This document shows positions 56,551-64,000 of a stretch of DNA of 64,000 nt, piece by piece. Origin of the DNA: Clostridia bacterium (GTDB taxonomy: Bacteria > Bacillota > Clostridia > Oscillospirales > CAG-272). Numbering within the stretch: position 1 is the first letter of the stretch; every line of letters begins with the position of its first letter. The stretch is taken from positions 34,372-98,371 of the forward strand of contig JAFUQQ010000014.1 in assembly GCA_017472285.1 (NCBI GenBank). The letters run 5' to 3'. The notes beneath the pieces are model-generated. The model was given only the letters and a program-made list of their open reading frames with translations. It searched no databases and was not told the origin of the DNA. A program made the translations under genes and the position numbers.

Positions 56551-57702
56551 TCATTTTTTATATTTTATTGCTTGTTCTGACGAGGGCTTTTTGAAAAATT
56601 GATAATAATAACAAGGAAGCATACCGTTATAAAGTTTGCGGACTTTATCGGCGCGTCTGCCGTAAAGCTTTTCAAAGCTTTCATTGGAAGTCAAGACGTA
56701 AATTTGCCATGCGCCGAGGGTGGCGAATTGTTTGCCCATTTTTTTGTAAAGGGTTTCTGCTTCTTTGATCGTGCCGAGCCGTTCACCGTAAGGCGGATTG
56801 CAGACGACCGTACCTCGTCTGTCGCCCGTTGTGATCTGTAAAGCATCTGCACGGTAAACTTTGATATATTTTGTCATACCGGATTTTTTCACGCAAAGTT
56901 CCGCATTTTTGACGGCTTCAGGATCGATATCGGAAGCATAAGCTTCAAAGGTGCAATCGGTTTTGATTGCATTTCGTGCTTCTTCGCGCACGTTCTGCCA
57001 GATTTCTTTGGGAATGAAATCAAAATCTTCAGCCGCAAACGAACGGGAAAGACCGGGCGCGGTATTGGACATCAGCATAGCCGCTTCGATCGGAATCGTA
57101 CCCGAACCGCAGAAAGGGTCATGCAAAAGCACGTCTTCACGGGGACGGGCAATTTTGACCATGGCGGCGGCAAGTGTTTCACGCAAGGGCGCGGGCATAT
57201 TCTGCGGACGGTAGCCGCGTTTATGAAGTGCCGTACCCGACGTATCGATCATGAGGCTTGCTTCATCTTTCAGAATGAAAAATTCAATTTGATATTTCGC
57301 GCCGTCCTCACGAAGCCAATCGGTCTTATAAACCGAAGAAAGCTTTGTGGCAACGGCTTTTTTGATGATTTTCTGACAGTCGGGAATACTGAAAAGAGTG
57401 CTTTTGATGGAATGTCCTTTGACGGGAAATTCGCCGTTTTTCGGAATGAAATTTTCCCAAGGGAGTGCTTTCGTTCCTTCAAAAAGATCGTTGAAGGTTG
57501 CCGCATGAAAGGTATCAAGCAAAATGAAAACACGTTCTGCTGTGCGGAGCCAGAGATTGCATTTCGCGATAGCCGTTTCATCGCCTTCAAAGGTCACTCT
57601 GCCATCGATCGTGGCAATACGTTTATAACCGAGGGCATCAATTTCCTCGCCCAAAATATGTTCAAGACCAAATAAACAGGTCGCAACCAATTTCAGTTTC
57701 AT
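56551..57702 (-). CDS. THUMP-domain class I SAM-dependent RNA methyltransferase (RlmL/YpsC-like)
   Basis: An N-terminal ferredoxin-like/THUMP region is followed by the SAM motif DPFCGSGTIPIEA and the catalytic NPPYGERL. Confidence 0.88.
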   Translation of the reverse strand: MKLKLVATCLFGLEHILGEEIDALGYKRIATIDGRVTFEGDETAIAKCNLWLRTAERVFILLDTFHAATFNDLFEGTKALPWENFIPKNGEFPVKGHSIKSTLFSIPDCQKIIKKAVATKLSSVYKTDWLREDGAKYQIEFFILKDEASLMIDTSGTALHKRGYRPQNMPAPLRETLAAAMVKIARPREDVLLHDPFCGSGTIPIEAAMLMSNTAPGLSRSFAAEDFDFIPKEIWQNVREEARNAIKTDCTFEAYASDIDPEAVKNAELCVKKSGMTKYIKVYRADALQITTGDRRGTVVCNPPYGERLGTIKEAETLYKKMGKQFATLGAWQIYVLTSNESFEKLYGRRADKVRKLYNGMLPCYYYQFFKKPSSEQAIKYKK

Positions 57703-57926
57703 AAAAACCTCACTTTTGAAAGATTATAAATTTATTATAGCACAGTTTGACGAGAAAAGCAATATGGAAACTGCGATAGAAAGAAATTTGGAAGCGGACA
57801 CCGTCCGTGCGAAAAACTCTACGCTTCGTGGAAATAGGTCTATTTTGCGGTTATTGCTTTTTTCGATGAAAGCCGTTATAATAAAGACAAAGAAGCTTCT
57901 TAAAAAACACAAAGGAGGTTCCCTCT

Positions 57927-58724
57927 ATGGAACTGATGATCGGTAAAAATTTAAGAAAATTGCGCAGAAGTAAAGATCTGACGCAAGAAGAAGTGGCGGC
58001 GCATCTCGGTATTTCGTTTCAAGCCATCAGCAAATGGGAAAGAAACGACGGGTATCCCGATATCACGATGTTGCCCGCTTTGGCAAATTATTTCGGTGTT
58101 TCCGTCGACGAACTCATCGGTATGGACGATATCACGTCTGCACAAAAATTGAATGAGATCAATCAGCAATGGAATGAAAACAGGGCAGAAAAGAAACACG
58201 CGGAGAACGTGGCACTTATGCGCGAGGCGTTGAAAACCTACCCGAATCATCCGATTTTGCTTGGTCAGCTTTACTGTTCGCTGGAAAAGATGGACGGTAC
58301 AGAAGCGGAAAAAAGAGAAAATCTGCGTGAATCCATCATGATTCAGGAACAAATTTTGCGTTATTGCGATGATTCCGAAACCCGTGGTTCGACGCTTTTT
58401 AATATTGCGGATGCGTATTGGCGATACGGTGATTATGAAAAAGCACTTGTATATGCAGAAAAATTGCCGAATCTCTTTAAAACAAGAGAATCGGCATTGG
58501 TTATGATCTTGAATGACAAGGAAAAGAAACATACGATTGCGAAAGACGCAATGGATAAGATTGCTTGGTTGCTTTCTTATCATCTGCAAGCGCTTGCAGA
58601 AACGGAAAACGACAAGCGTTATTACGAGAAAATGCTTGCCGTTTTGGATATTCTTTTTGAGGGGAATGAGAGTGATTTCGTCAAGGGTGTCCGCAGCAAA
58701 ATGACAAGGCTTTATAAGTCCTGA
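57927..58724 (+). CDS. XRE-family HTH regulator with helical-repeat (TPR-like) C-terminal domain
   Basis: The HTH is IGKNLRKLRRSKDLTQEEVAAHLGISFQAISKWERNDGYPDITMLPALANYFGVSVDELIG, followed by about 190 aa of helical repeats. Confidence 0.85.
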   Translation: MELMIGKNLRKLRRSKDLTQEEVAAHLGISFQAISKWERNDGYPDITMLPALANYFGVSVDELIGMDDITSAQKLNEINQQWNENRAEKKHAENVALMREALKTYPNHPILLGQLYCSLEKMDGTEAEKRENLRESIMIQEQILRYCDDSETRGSTLFNIADAYWRYGDYEKALVYAEKLPNLFKTRESALVMILNDKEKKHTIAKDAMDKIAWLLSYHLQALAETENDKRYYEKMLAVLDILFEGNESDFVKGVRSKMTRLYKS

Positions 58725-59047
58725 ATATTCATTTTCTGAATTTCACGGTTTTCCGTATTGTCCTTCGGTTCTTTTACGATCAGACGGGCGATGACGAAAA
58801 TTGCAAGATAAATGAGCGCGGGGATCTGACAGATCAGCATTTGACGGATAAATTTTGATGTTTCCAAAGGTGCATACATCAGCACGAGAGCTACAAAAAG
58901 TCCGCCAAGACAGGCGATGATGGGAATAATAAGCCCCATAAATTTGTTTTTGGCTTTTGTGCAGATGAAGCATTGAAGGGCGGCGATGCCGATGAGGAGC
59001 AGAACGAAAATTGTAAATAAAGCAAGAATGGGCATAGCGGATGACAT
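58712..59047 (-). CDS. small 3-TM membrane protein, paralogue 2 (tail EIQKMNIQDL)
   Basis: Three hydrophobic helices. It is paralogous to the upstream 127-aa protein (KNKxxGLIxPI, IPxxxPALxY, identical KMNIQDL end). RBS GAAAGGAGAA. Confidence 0.7.
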   Translation of the reverse strand: MSSAMPILALFTIFVLLLIGIAALQCFICTKAKNKFMGLIIPIIACLGGLFVALVLMYAPLETSKFIRQMLICQIPALIYLAIFVIARLIVKEPKDNTENREIQKMNIQDL

Positions 59048-59067
59048 AATGATTTCTCCTTTCGATA

Positions 59068-59451
59068 TTATAAATCCTGAATATTCATTTTTTCGATTTC
59101 TTTATCTCGTTTTTTGTTGTCATCTTTCGGCTGTGAAGAACGCACGGAAAAATAAATGATGATATAAGCGAGAGCAGGGAGCTGCGTGGGAATGAAGAAA
59201 ATGAGGAATGTTCTTCCTGCGAAAGCTGCGAGTGAGAGAACAAAAGAAATGAATATCGTTACGGAAAGGCCCAAAACGCAAAAAACGATGGGCAGAATCA
59301 ATCCGAGAGCTTTGTTTTTTGATTTTGAAACATGGTATTGTGCAAACCCGAGTCCGATCAGAAATGCGAGCACAAAGAGGATGATGGGAAGCATAATGGC
59401 AAGAGCAGAAAAATTTGTTGTGCTTGAAGGCACAGAATCACAGAGCATCAT
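59068..59451 (-). CDS. small 3-TM membrane protein, paralogue 1 (tail EIEKMNIQDL)
   Basis: See paralogue 2. Its ATG overlaps the stop of the DUF2089-like gene (ATGA). Confidence 0.7.
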   Translation of the reverse strand: MMLCDSVPSSTTNFSALAIMLPIILFVLAFLIGLGFAQYHVSKSKNKALGLILPIVFCVLGLSVTIFISFVLSLAAFAGRTFLIFFIPTQLPALAYIIIYFSVRSSQPKDDNKKRDKEIEKMNIQDL

Positions 59452-59738
59452 TGTTTTTTCTCCTTTCGATATTCAGAAATTAAAAGTTTGGCGGTGTCGT
59501 AATCGATTTTTTCATTGATCGCAAGACGTTTGACGAGCATGATATAAGAATCGGTTTCGGCGGATTCACTTAAACCGATTTTTTGTATCAGACGGTCAAG
59601 GCGCAATCTGACGGTGGGATAGGTGACACCGTAAAGCGTTGCGATCTCTTTGAGAGAGCCGGATGCAAGGATAAAATTTTTTGCGAATTTCAAGTCTTCT
59701 TCATCGAGTGCGAGTATCCATTCGGGTATTGGCTGCAT
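59448..59738 (-). CDS. DUF2089-like HTH protein lacking the N-terminal zinc ribbon
   Basis: LDEEDLKFAKNFILASGSLKEIATLYGVTYPTVRLRLDRLIQKIGL matches the DUF2089 C-terminal HTH module. ATG 59738 (MQPIPEW) is chosen rather than the ORF-track start at 59822. Confidence 0.65.
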   Translation of the reverse strand: MQPIPEWILALDEEDLKFAKNFILASGSLKEIATLYGVTYPTVRLRLDRLIQKIGLSESAETDSYIMLVKRLAINEKIDYDTAKLLISEYRKEKKQ

Positions 59739-59835
59739 ATCGTCCTCCTTTAATAAAATTGAAGTAAAAACAACAATATCTTTAACAATATTAAGTATAC
59801 ACTTTAATTTTATTAAAGTCAATAGGTTTTACAAA

Positions 59836-59870
59836 GAAAAAAAGCCGGAATCCGAAGATTCCGGCTTTTT
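59836..59870 (-). terminator. intrinsic terminator of the P-type ATPase transcript (separated from the stop codon by the MITE-like element)
   Basis: AAGCCGGAATC-CGAA-GATTCCGGCTT, with a U-run on the minus transcript (plus-strand A-run 59836-59842). Confidence 0.8.
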
Positions 59871-59896
59871 ATATAATAAAGGGGGATAAGATGGGT

Positions 59897-60063
59897 CAAT
59901 GTCATTTAGTTAAGAGAGAAAGCGTTTCGCCCGAGATCCTTCGGCGCAGGCTCACGATGTCATTCTGGAGTGTACAGACGTTCAAAAACGGATGTACACG
60001 AAGAATCCCGTGCGTCTGCGCCTCGAGGATGACGCGGGCGGATAGCTTATCTTAATGACATTG
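59897..60063. mobile_element. 167-bp MITE-like non-autonomous element with terminal inverted repeats and a 10-bp target-site duplication
   Basis: The terminal inverted repeats are CAATGTCATTTAGTTAAG (left) and, as reverse complement, CAATGTCATTAAGATAAG (right), with 16 of 18 positions identical. The perfect direct repeat TAAGATGGGT occurs at 59887-59896 and 60064-60073. There is no ORF inside. Confidence 0.65.
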
Positions 60064-60076
60064 TAAGATGGGTGGC

Positions 60077-62746
60077 TTATTCTTTGGCAGCTTTCTTCTT
60101 ATCGATCATGCGGGAGAAGATCTTGATGATTTCAACGATCGGAATAATTGCAAGACCGAGAAGCATAGCAACAACGTATTCTTCCCAACCGATCGCAACC
60201 ATGCCGAATACCTTTGCAATGGGTTCGACAAGGACGACAACGGATGTCAGAACGAGGGAGAGAAGACCTGCGCCCCAGAGCCATTTATTCTGACCTTTCA
60301 TCGTGAAGATGGAGCCATGGAGAGAACGCATATTGAAGGAATGGAATACTTCACACATAGCGAGCGTGAGGAATGCCATTGTGGTACCGTGAACGCTATC
60401 TGTGATTTCAAAGTTACCGGTTTCAAACCAATGTCCGATGAAATAAGAAGCAAGGGTGATAACGGTAACGAGGAAGCCCTGATAGAATACGGCAAAGCCG
60501 AGACCGCCTGCGAAGATACCTTCTTTGGAATCACGGGGCTTACGGTTCATGATATCTGCTTCGGGTTTTTCCATACCGAGCGCGAGAGCGGGGAAGCAGT
60601 CTGTGATGAGGTTGATCCAGAGAAGCTGTACGGGCTGGAAGATGGTGAAGCCGATGAGCGTTGCGAAGAAGATGGAGAGAACTTCGGAGAGGTTGGATGC
60701 GAGAAGGAACTGAATTGCTTTACGAATATTATCGTAAATTCTTCTGCCTTCACCGACAGCGGAAACGATGGTCGCAAAGTTATCGTCTGCGAGGATCATA
60801 TCAGCTACGTTCTTGGTAACGTCAGTACCTGTGATACCCATACCGACACCGATGTCTGCATTCTTGATGGAAGGAGCGTCGTTGACACCGTCACCGGTCA
60901 TTGCAGTAACTTTGCCTTTTTTACGCCATGCATTGACGATTCTTGTCTTGTGTTCGGGCTGAACACGTGCGTAAACGGAGTATTTTTCTACGGCTGTTTC
61001 AAATTCTTCATCGGAAATTTCGTTGAGTTCTGCACCTGTGATCGCCTGATTTGCGTTATCAATGATACCGAGCTGCATTGCGATCGCAACGGCAGTATCC
61101 TTATGGTCACCTGTAATCATGATAGGACGGATACCTGCGGAACGACATTCATCGATAGCGGGTTTTACTTCGGGACGAACGGGGTCGATCATACCGACAA
61201 GACCAACGAAGCAGAGATCGTTTTCAACAGCTTCGGGTTCATAAACGGCGGGAGCTTTGTCAAGTTCTTTCATGGAAGCGGCAAGAACACGGAGTGCCTT
61301 GTCAGCCATGGCTTTGTTTGCGGCGAGGATATCGTTTCTGATCTTATCGTTCATAGCGACAACTTTGCCGTTAACGAGCGCTTTTGTGCAGCGTTTGAGA
61401 ACTTCATCGGGTGCACCCTTTGTGAACTGTGTGATCTTGCCGTCAGCAGTCTTATGAACTGTGGACATCATCTTACGCATGGAGTCGAAAGGAACTTCGC
61501 CGATACGAACGTATACGTTCTTCTGCGTATTTTTGCTGAGGTTCAAGGTTTCAGCATAGTTAACGAGCGCACATTCTGTGGGTTCACCGACAGCAGTTTT
61601 TGCTTCGGTATCAAATTCAGCGTCGGAACAGAGGGACATTGCGTTTGCGAGGAGTGCTTCGTCGGAACCATAGTGGTCAACGACGGTCATCTTGTTCTGT
61701 GTCAGTGTACCTGTCTTATCGGAACAGATGATCTGTGTACAACCGAGAGTTTCAACGGCTGTGAGCTTACGGATGATCGCATTTCTCTTGGACATATTCG
61801 TAACACCGATGGAAAGAACGATGGTAACGACCGTTGCAAGACCTTCGGGAATTGCGGCTACGGCAAGAGAGATCGCAAGCATAAAGGAATTGAGGATGGG
61901 TTCAAAACCGATACCGTCACGGAGGAGCTGAACGCCGAAGATCACGAGACAGATACCGATAACGAGATATGTGAGGATTTTGGAAAGACCAGCGAGTTTG
62001 ATCTGGAGAGGTGTTTTACCTTCTTCTGCTTGAGCAAGAGCGTCTGCGATCTTACCCATTTCGGTATCCATACCGGTTGCGGTTACGACAGCTTTACCGC
62101 GTCCGTAAACGACAACGCTACCCATGAATACCATGTTCTTACGGTCACCGAGAGAAACGTCGCCGTTTGCGCCTGCGGTGAGGGCTTCGACCTGTTTGGT
62201 AACAGGAACAGATTCACCCGTAAGAGCGGCTTCTTCGATCTTCATGCTGGCGCATTCAATGATTCTTGCATCAGCGGGAACAGCGTCACCGGCTTCAAGA
62301 ACGATGATATCGCCGACAACGAGGTCTTCGCTTTTGACCGTGATCTGATGTCCGTCACGGATAACTTTGGAAGTTGCGGCAGCGATTTCTTGCAGGGCTT
62401 CGATGGCTTTTTCTGCTTTGCTTTCCTGGAATACACCGAGGATTGCATTGATGAGGACGACCGCGAGGATGATAACAACGTCAGCGGGAAATTCCCAATG
62501 ACCCTGAGCTACGCCGTTATAGATCTCCACGCCTGCGGAGATTGCAGCGGCAACGATGAGGATGATCGTCATCGGCTCAGCAAGCTGCTTCAAGAATCTG
62601 TGAAGCATGGATTCCTTTTTGCCTTCGACGAGTTTGTTCTTGCCGTTTTGCTCCAGACGTTTTTCTGCTTCCGCTTTTGTCAAACCCTGTTCGGAAGAAG
62701 AAAGCTCTTTCAGAACTTCGGCAGAACCATTGAGGTACTCTTTCAT
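60077..62746 (-). CDS. P-type cation-transporting ATPase, P2A (Ca2+/Mn2+) type
   Basis: 889 aa with TGES, the phosphorylation site ICSDKTGTLTQN, MITGDHKDTA, VTAMTGDGVNDAPSIKNADIG and 10 hydrophobic segments. Confidence 0.93.
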   Translation of the reverse strand: MKEYLNGSAEVLKELSSSEQGLTKAEAEKRLEQNGKNKLVEGKKESMLHRFLKQLAEPMTIILIVAAAISAGVEIYNGVAQGHWEFPADVVIILAVVLINAILGVFQESKAEKAIEALQEIAAATSKVIRDGHQITVKSEDLVVGDIIVLEAGDAVPADARIIECASMKIEEAALTGESVPVTKQVEALTAGANGDVSLGDRKNMVFMGSVVVYGRGKAVVTATGMDTEMGKIADALAQAEEGKTPLQIKLAGLSKILTYLVIGICLVIFGVQLLRDGIGFEPILNSFMLAISLAVAAIPEGLATVVTIVLSIGVTNMSKRNAIIRKLTAVETLGCTQIICSDKTGTLTQNKMTVVDHYGSDEALLANAMSLCSDAEFDTEAKTAVGEPTECALVNYAETLNLSKNTQKNVYVRIGEVPFDSMRKMMSTVHKTADGKITQFTKGAPDEVLKRCTKALVNGKVVAMNDKIRNDILAANKAMADKALRVLAASMKELDKAPAVYEPEAVENDLCFVGLVGMIDPVRPEVKPAIDECRSAGIRPIMITGDHKDTAVAIAMQLGIIDNANQAITGAELNEISDEEFETAVEKYSVYARVQPEHKTRIVNAWRKKGKVTAMTGDGVNDAPSIKNADIGVGMGITGTDVTKNVADMILADDNFATIVSAVGEGRRIYDNIRKAIQFLLASNLSEVLSIFFATLIGFTIFQPVQLLWINLITDCFPALALGMEKPEADIMNRKPRDSKEGIFAGGLGFAVFYQGFLVTVITLASYFIGHWFETGNFEITDSVHGTTMAFLTLAMCEVFHSFNMRSLHGSIFTMKGQNKWLWGAGLLSLVLTSVVVLVEPIAKVFGMVAIGWEEYVVAMLLGLAIIPIVEIIKIFSRMIDKKKAAKE

Positions 62747-62813
62747 GTTAGAACTCCTTAAAAAATTTTAATAATAAATAATAAGATTGTTACCGATTTT
62801 ATGCCATTTAAAC

Positions 62814-62932
62814 GAAAAAAAGACCTATCTGTGCCGTGGACAGATAAGTCTCATCGTTTAAAATAAAGCCAGAATCCGAAAGGATTCACGTTGTTGACTT
62901 TACTACGACGTGCGTCGATTACTCCCTTATTC
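62814..62932 (-). promoter_or_regulatory. yybP-ykoY (Mn2+) riboswitch with terminator expression platform
   Basis: The minus-strand RNA reads AAUAAGGGAGUAAUCGACGCACGUCGUAGUAAAGUCAACAACGUGAAUCCUUUCGGAUUCUGGCUUUAUUUUAAACGAUGAGACUUAU. This parallels the L. lactis aptamer blocks GGGGAGUAGCG, AAAGUC..CAA..CGUGA, GGCUUUGUU and AAGACCUUU. The terminator GACUUAUCUGU-CCACGGC-ACAGAUAGGUC plus U7 (62814-62850) shares CUUAU with the 3' strand of P1. Confidence 0.8.
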
Positions 62933-62938
62933 GTATAT

Positions 62939-62967
62939 ATTTTATCATATTGGGAAAAATATGTCAA
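62939..62967 (-). promoter_or_regulatory. sigma-A promoter driving the riboswitch-ATPase transcript
   Basis: On the minus strand: TTGACA (62967-62962), a 17-nt spacer ending in TGA, then TAAAAT (62944-62939). The predicted transcription start falls at the 5' end of the aptamer. Confidence 0.7.
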
Positions 62968-63022
62968 GGGGGTATTTGAAAGTTTTATGTATATTTGATA
63001 CAATTTTCAGATCAGCGAAGCG

Positions 63023-63055
63023 AAAAAATCGGTACAGTCCGAAGACTGTACCGAT
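63023..63055 (-). terminator. intrinsic terminator of the surface-protein gene
   Basis: ATCGGTACAGTC-TTCG-GACTGTACCGAT followed by U6 on the minus transcript. Confidence 0.85.
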
Positions 63056-63092
63056 TGGATTACGAAATTTGTTTATCTGTTATACGGAAGAA

Positions 63093-64000
63093 TTATTTCT
63101 TTTTCTTCTTAATGATAACGAGAACAACAACTGCGATAGCTGCAACAGCAACAACAGCGATAACAACGATGATAATGGGAGTAGCGCTGCCGTCGGATGT
63201 CTTGGGAGCTGTGGTTGTGTTCGTGGTGTTGGAAGGAGTTGTGGGAGTTACAACTTCGCCTTCAACAGTAACGTCGATGTTGGTTCTGAGGTCGAGACCT
63301 TCGATTGCAGAACGAACGGAAACTCTCTTTTCGCCGGGTTCGGAAAGGTCAACGCGGTAAGTGTAGTCAGTAGCATCCATCTTGATCTGTTTGCCGTCTG
63401 CGTAAACGAGCTTAACGGTCATACCTTCGGGATTGAATTCGTCGCCGGGCTGATAAATAACCTTGGTGGGCATATCGGTAACAACGATTTCAACAGGAGC
63501 TTCGATGGTTACGGGAACTTCCTTGGTGATGGTGATATCGTATGTGCTGTTGGTAGCAACGATGGTAGCGATAGCTTCGCCGGGAACCTTAGTGTCGAGA
63601 GTAACAGTGTATTCGAATTCTGTGGTAGCGTCGCCACTTGCGATCTTTTCGCCGTTACCGAATACGAGAGTTACGCCGAAATCTTCGATAGCAGCAGCTT
63701 CTTTGTAGCGATAGCCGTCAGCGGGAGCTGTGATTTCGAGGTCGGTTACGTTCATAACTTCGATTTCGAAGTCAACGGAGGAACCGAAGTAGTTAGCAGC
63801 AATGGTCTTTGTACCGGGTGTCACGAAGTCACCTGTGTATCTGAAGATCGTTGCAGGGAGATCTTCGTTGGAAGTACCGTCTGTGAAGTTAACTTTGAAT
63901 TTGAAGCCATCAGTAACGAAAGCGTCTTCGAGTTCAGCAGCTTCGTAAACCTTGGATTCGGGTTCTGCAACAACTTCGATATTCTGGATACCGGTAACGC
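63093..64000 (-). CDS. cell-surface protein with Ig-like repeats and a C-terminal TM anchor (5' end outside window)
   Basis: The minus frame stays open to the window edge (hand translation VTGIQNIEVVAEPESKVYEAAELEDAF...RYTGDFVTPGTK...). It has repeated beta-rich modules of about 90 aa (Y.PGDEF...G..V...Y.DG), a Thr/Pro linker, the TM segment IIIVVIAVVAVAAIAVVVLVII and a KKKKK stop-transfer tail. No LPXTG motif is present. Confidence 0.75.
   Translation of the reverse strand, partial: VTGIQNIEVVAEPESKVYEAAELEDAFVTDGFKFKVNFTDGTSNEDLPATIFRYTGDFVTPGTKTIAANYFGSSVDFEIEVMNVTDLEITAPADGYRYKEAAAIEDFGVTLVFGNGEKIASGDATTEFEYTVTLDTKVPGEAIATIVATNSTYDITITKEVPVTIEAPVEIVVTDMPTKVIYQPGDEFNPEGMTVKLVYADGKQIKMDATDYTYRVDLSEPGEKRVSVRSAIEGLDLRTNIDVTVEGEVVTPTTPSNTTNTTTAPKTSDGSATPIIIVVIAVVAVAAIAVVVLVIIKKKKK

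Noticed and set aside
57716-57946. A 76-aa ORF upstream of the XRE/TPR regulator, considered as a possible signalling-peptide precursor for an RNPP-type system.
   Set aside because: It has a non-ATG start with no RBS, it overlaps the regulator's own start, and there is no signal peptide or typical short pheromone architecture. The RNPP analogy itself rests only on the HTH + helical-repeat layout.
60068-62761. An 897-aa plus-strand ORF covering the whole P-type ATPase locus.
   Set aside because: It is antisense to an ATPase with every P-type signature (DKTGTLT, TGES, GDGVNDAP). The plus-strand translation is Cys/Asp/Phe/Gly-rich nonsense with no promoter or RBS.
1-64000. A search for CRISPR arrays, rRNA genes, prophage or integrase/transposase genes, toxin-antitoxin pairs and known defence-system signatures.
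   Set aside because: No spaced direct-repeat arrays, no nuclease/helicase/ATPase defence-type ORFs and no recombinases were seen in any frame. The only mobile-element trace is the 167-bp MITE-like sequence.

Overview
This 64-kb window looks like a chromosomal segment from a Firmicutes/Clostridia-type genome. That placement is inferred from gene content and order only.

Layout:
- 1-14.7 kb: glycogen genes (glgD fragment, glgA, glgP, a GH13 enzyme), then a mixed glycoside-hydrolase block (GH31, GH29, GH39) that also holds a small lipoprotein, a degenerate ThyX-fold protein, a PatB/MalY-type lyase and trmO.
- 14.8-15.2 kb: tRNA-Arg(CCG) and a TSCPD-domain gene.
- 15.4-31.9 kb: a complete S10-spc-alpha ribosomal superoperon, rpsJ to rplQ, including secY, adk, map, a KOW protein, infA and rpoA. 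rpmD and rpmJ are real but missing from the ORF track because they are under 60 aa.
- 32-45.4 kb: an accessory envelope/signalling island. It holds a VTC-domain / DUF4956 / beta-helix lipoprotein operon with a divergent two-component system, an ECF-type sigma / DUF4367 anti-sigma operon that also encodes two large paralogous lipoproteins, and a second two-component system.
- 45.5-54.9 kb: a complete histidine operon (hisZGDCBH-nudix-AF-IE-K).
- 55-64 kb: galT, a THUMP RNA methyltransferase, an XRE/TPR regulator, a DUF2089 operon with two duplicated small membrane proteins, a P-type ATPase and a partial surface protein. The ATPase sits behind a yybP-ykoY (Mn2+) riboswitch and has a MITE-like insertion in its 3' UTR.

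No CRISPR array, rRNA, transposase, integrase or recognisable defence gene was seen.

Best candidates for poorly described biology:
- the VTC/DUF4956/beta-helix operon;
- the sigma-controlled paralogous lipoproteins;
- the ThyX-fold protein that lacks the RHR motif;
- a dispersed family of 32-bp palindromes, one copy inside the his operon;
- a 190-nt structured spacer inside the spc operon;
- a Cys4 form of ribosomal protein uL24.

All family assignments come from motif recognition by eye. No searches were run.
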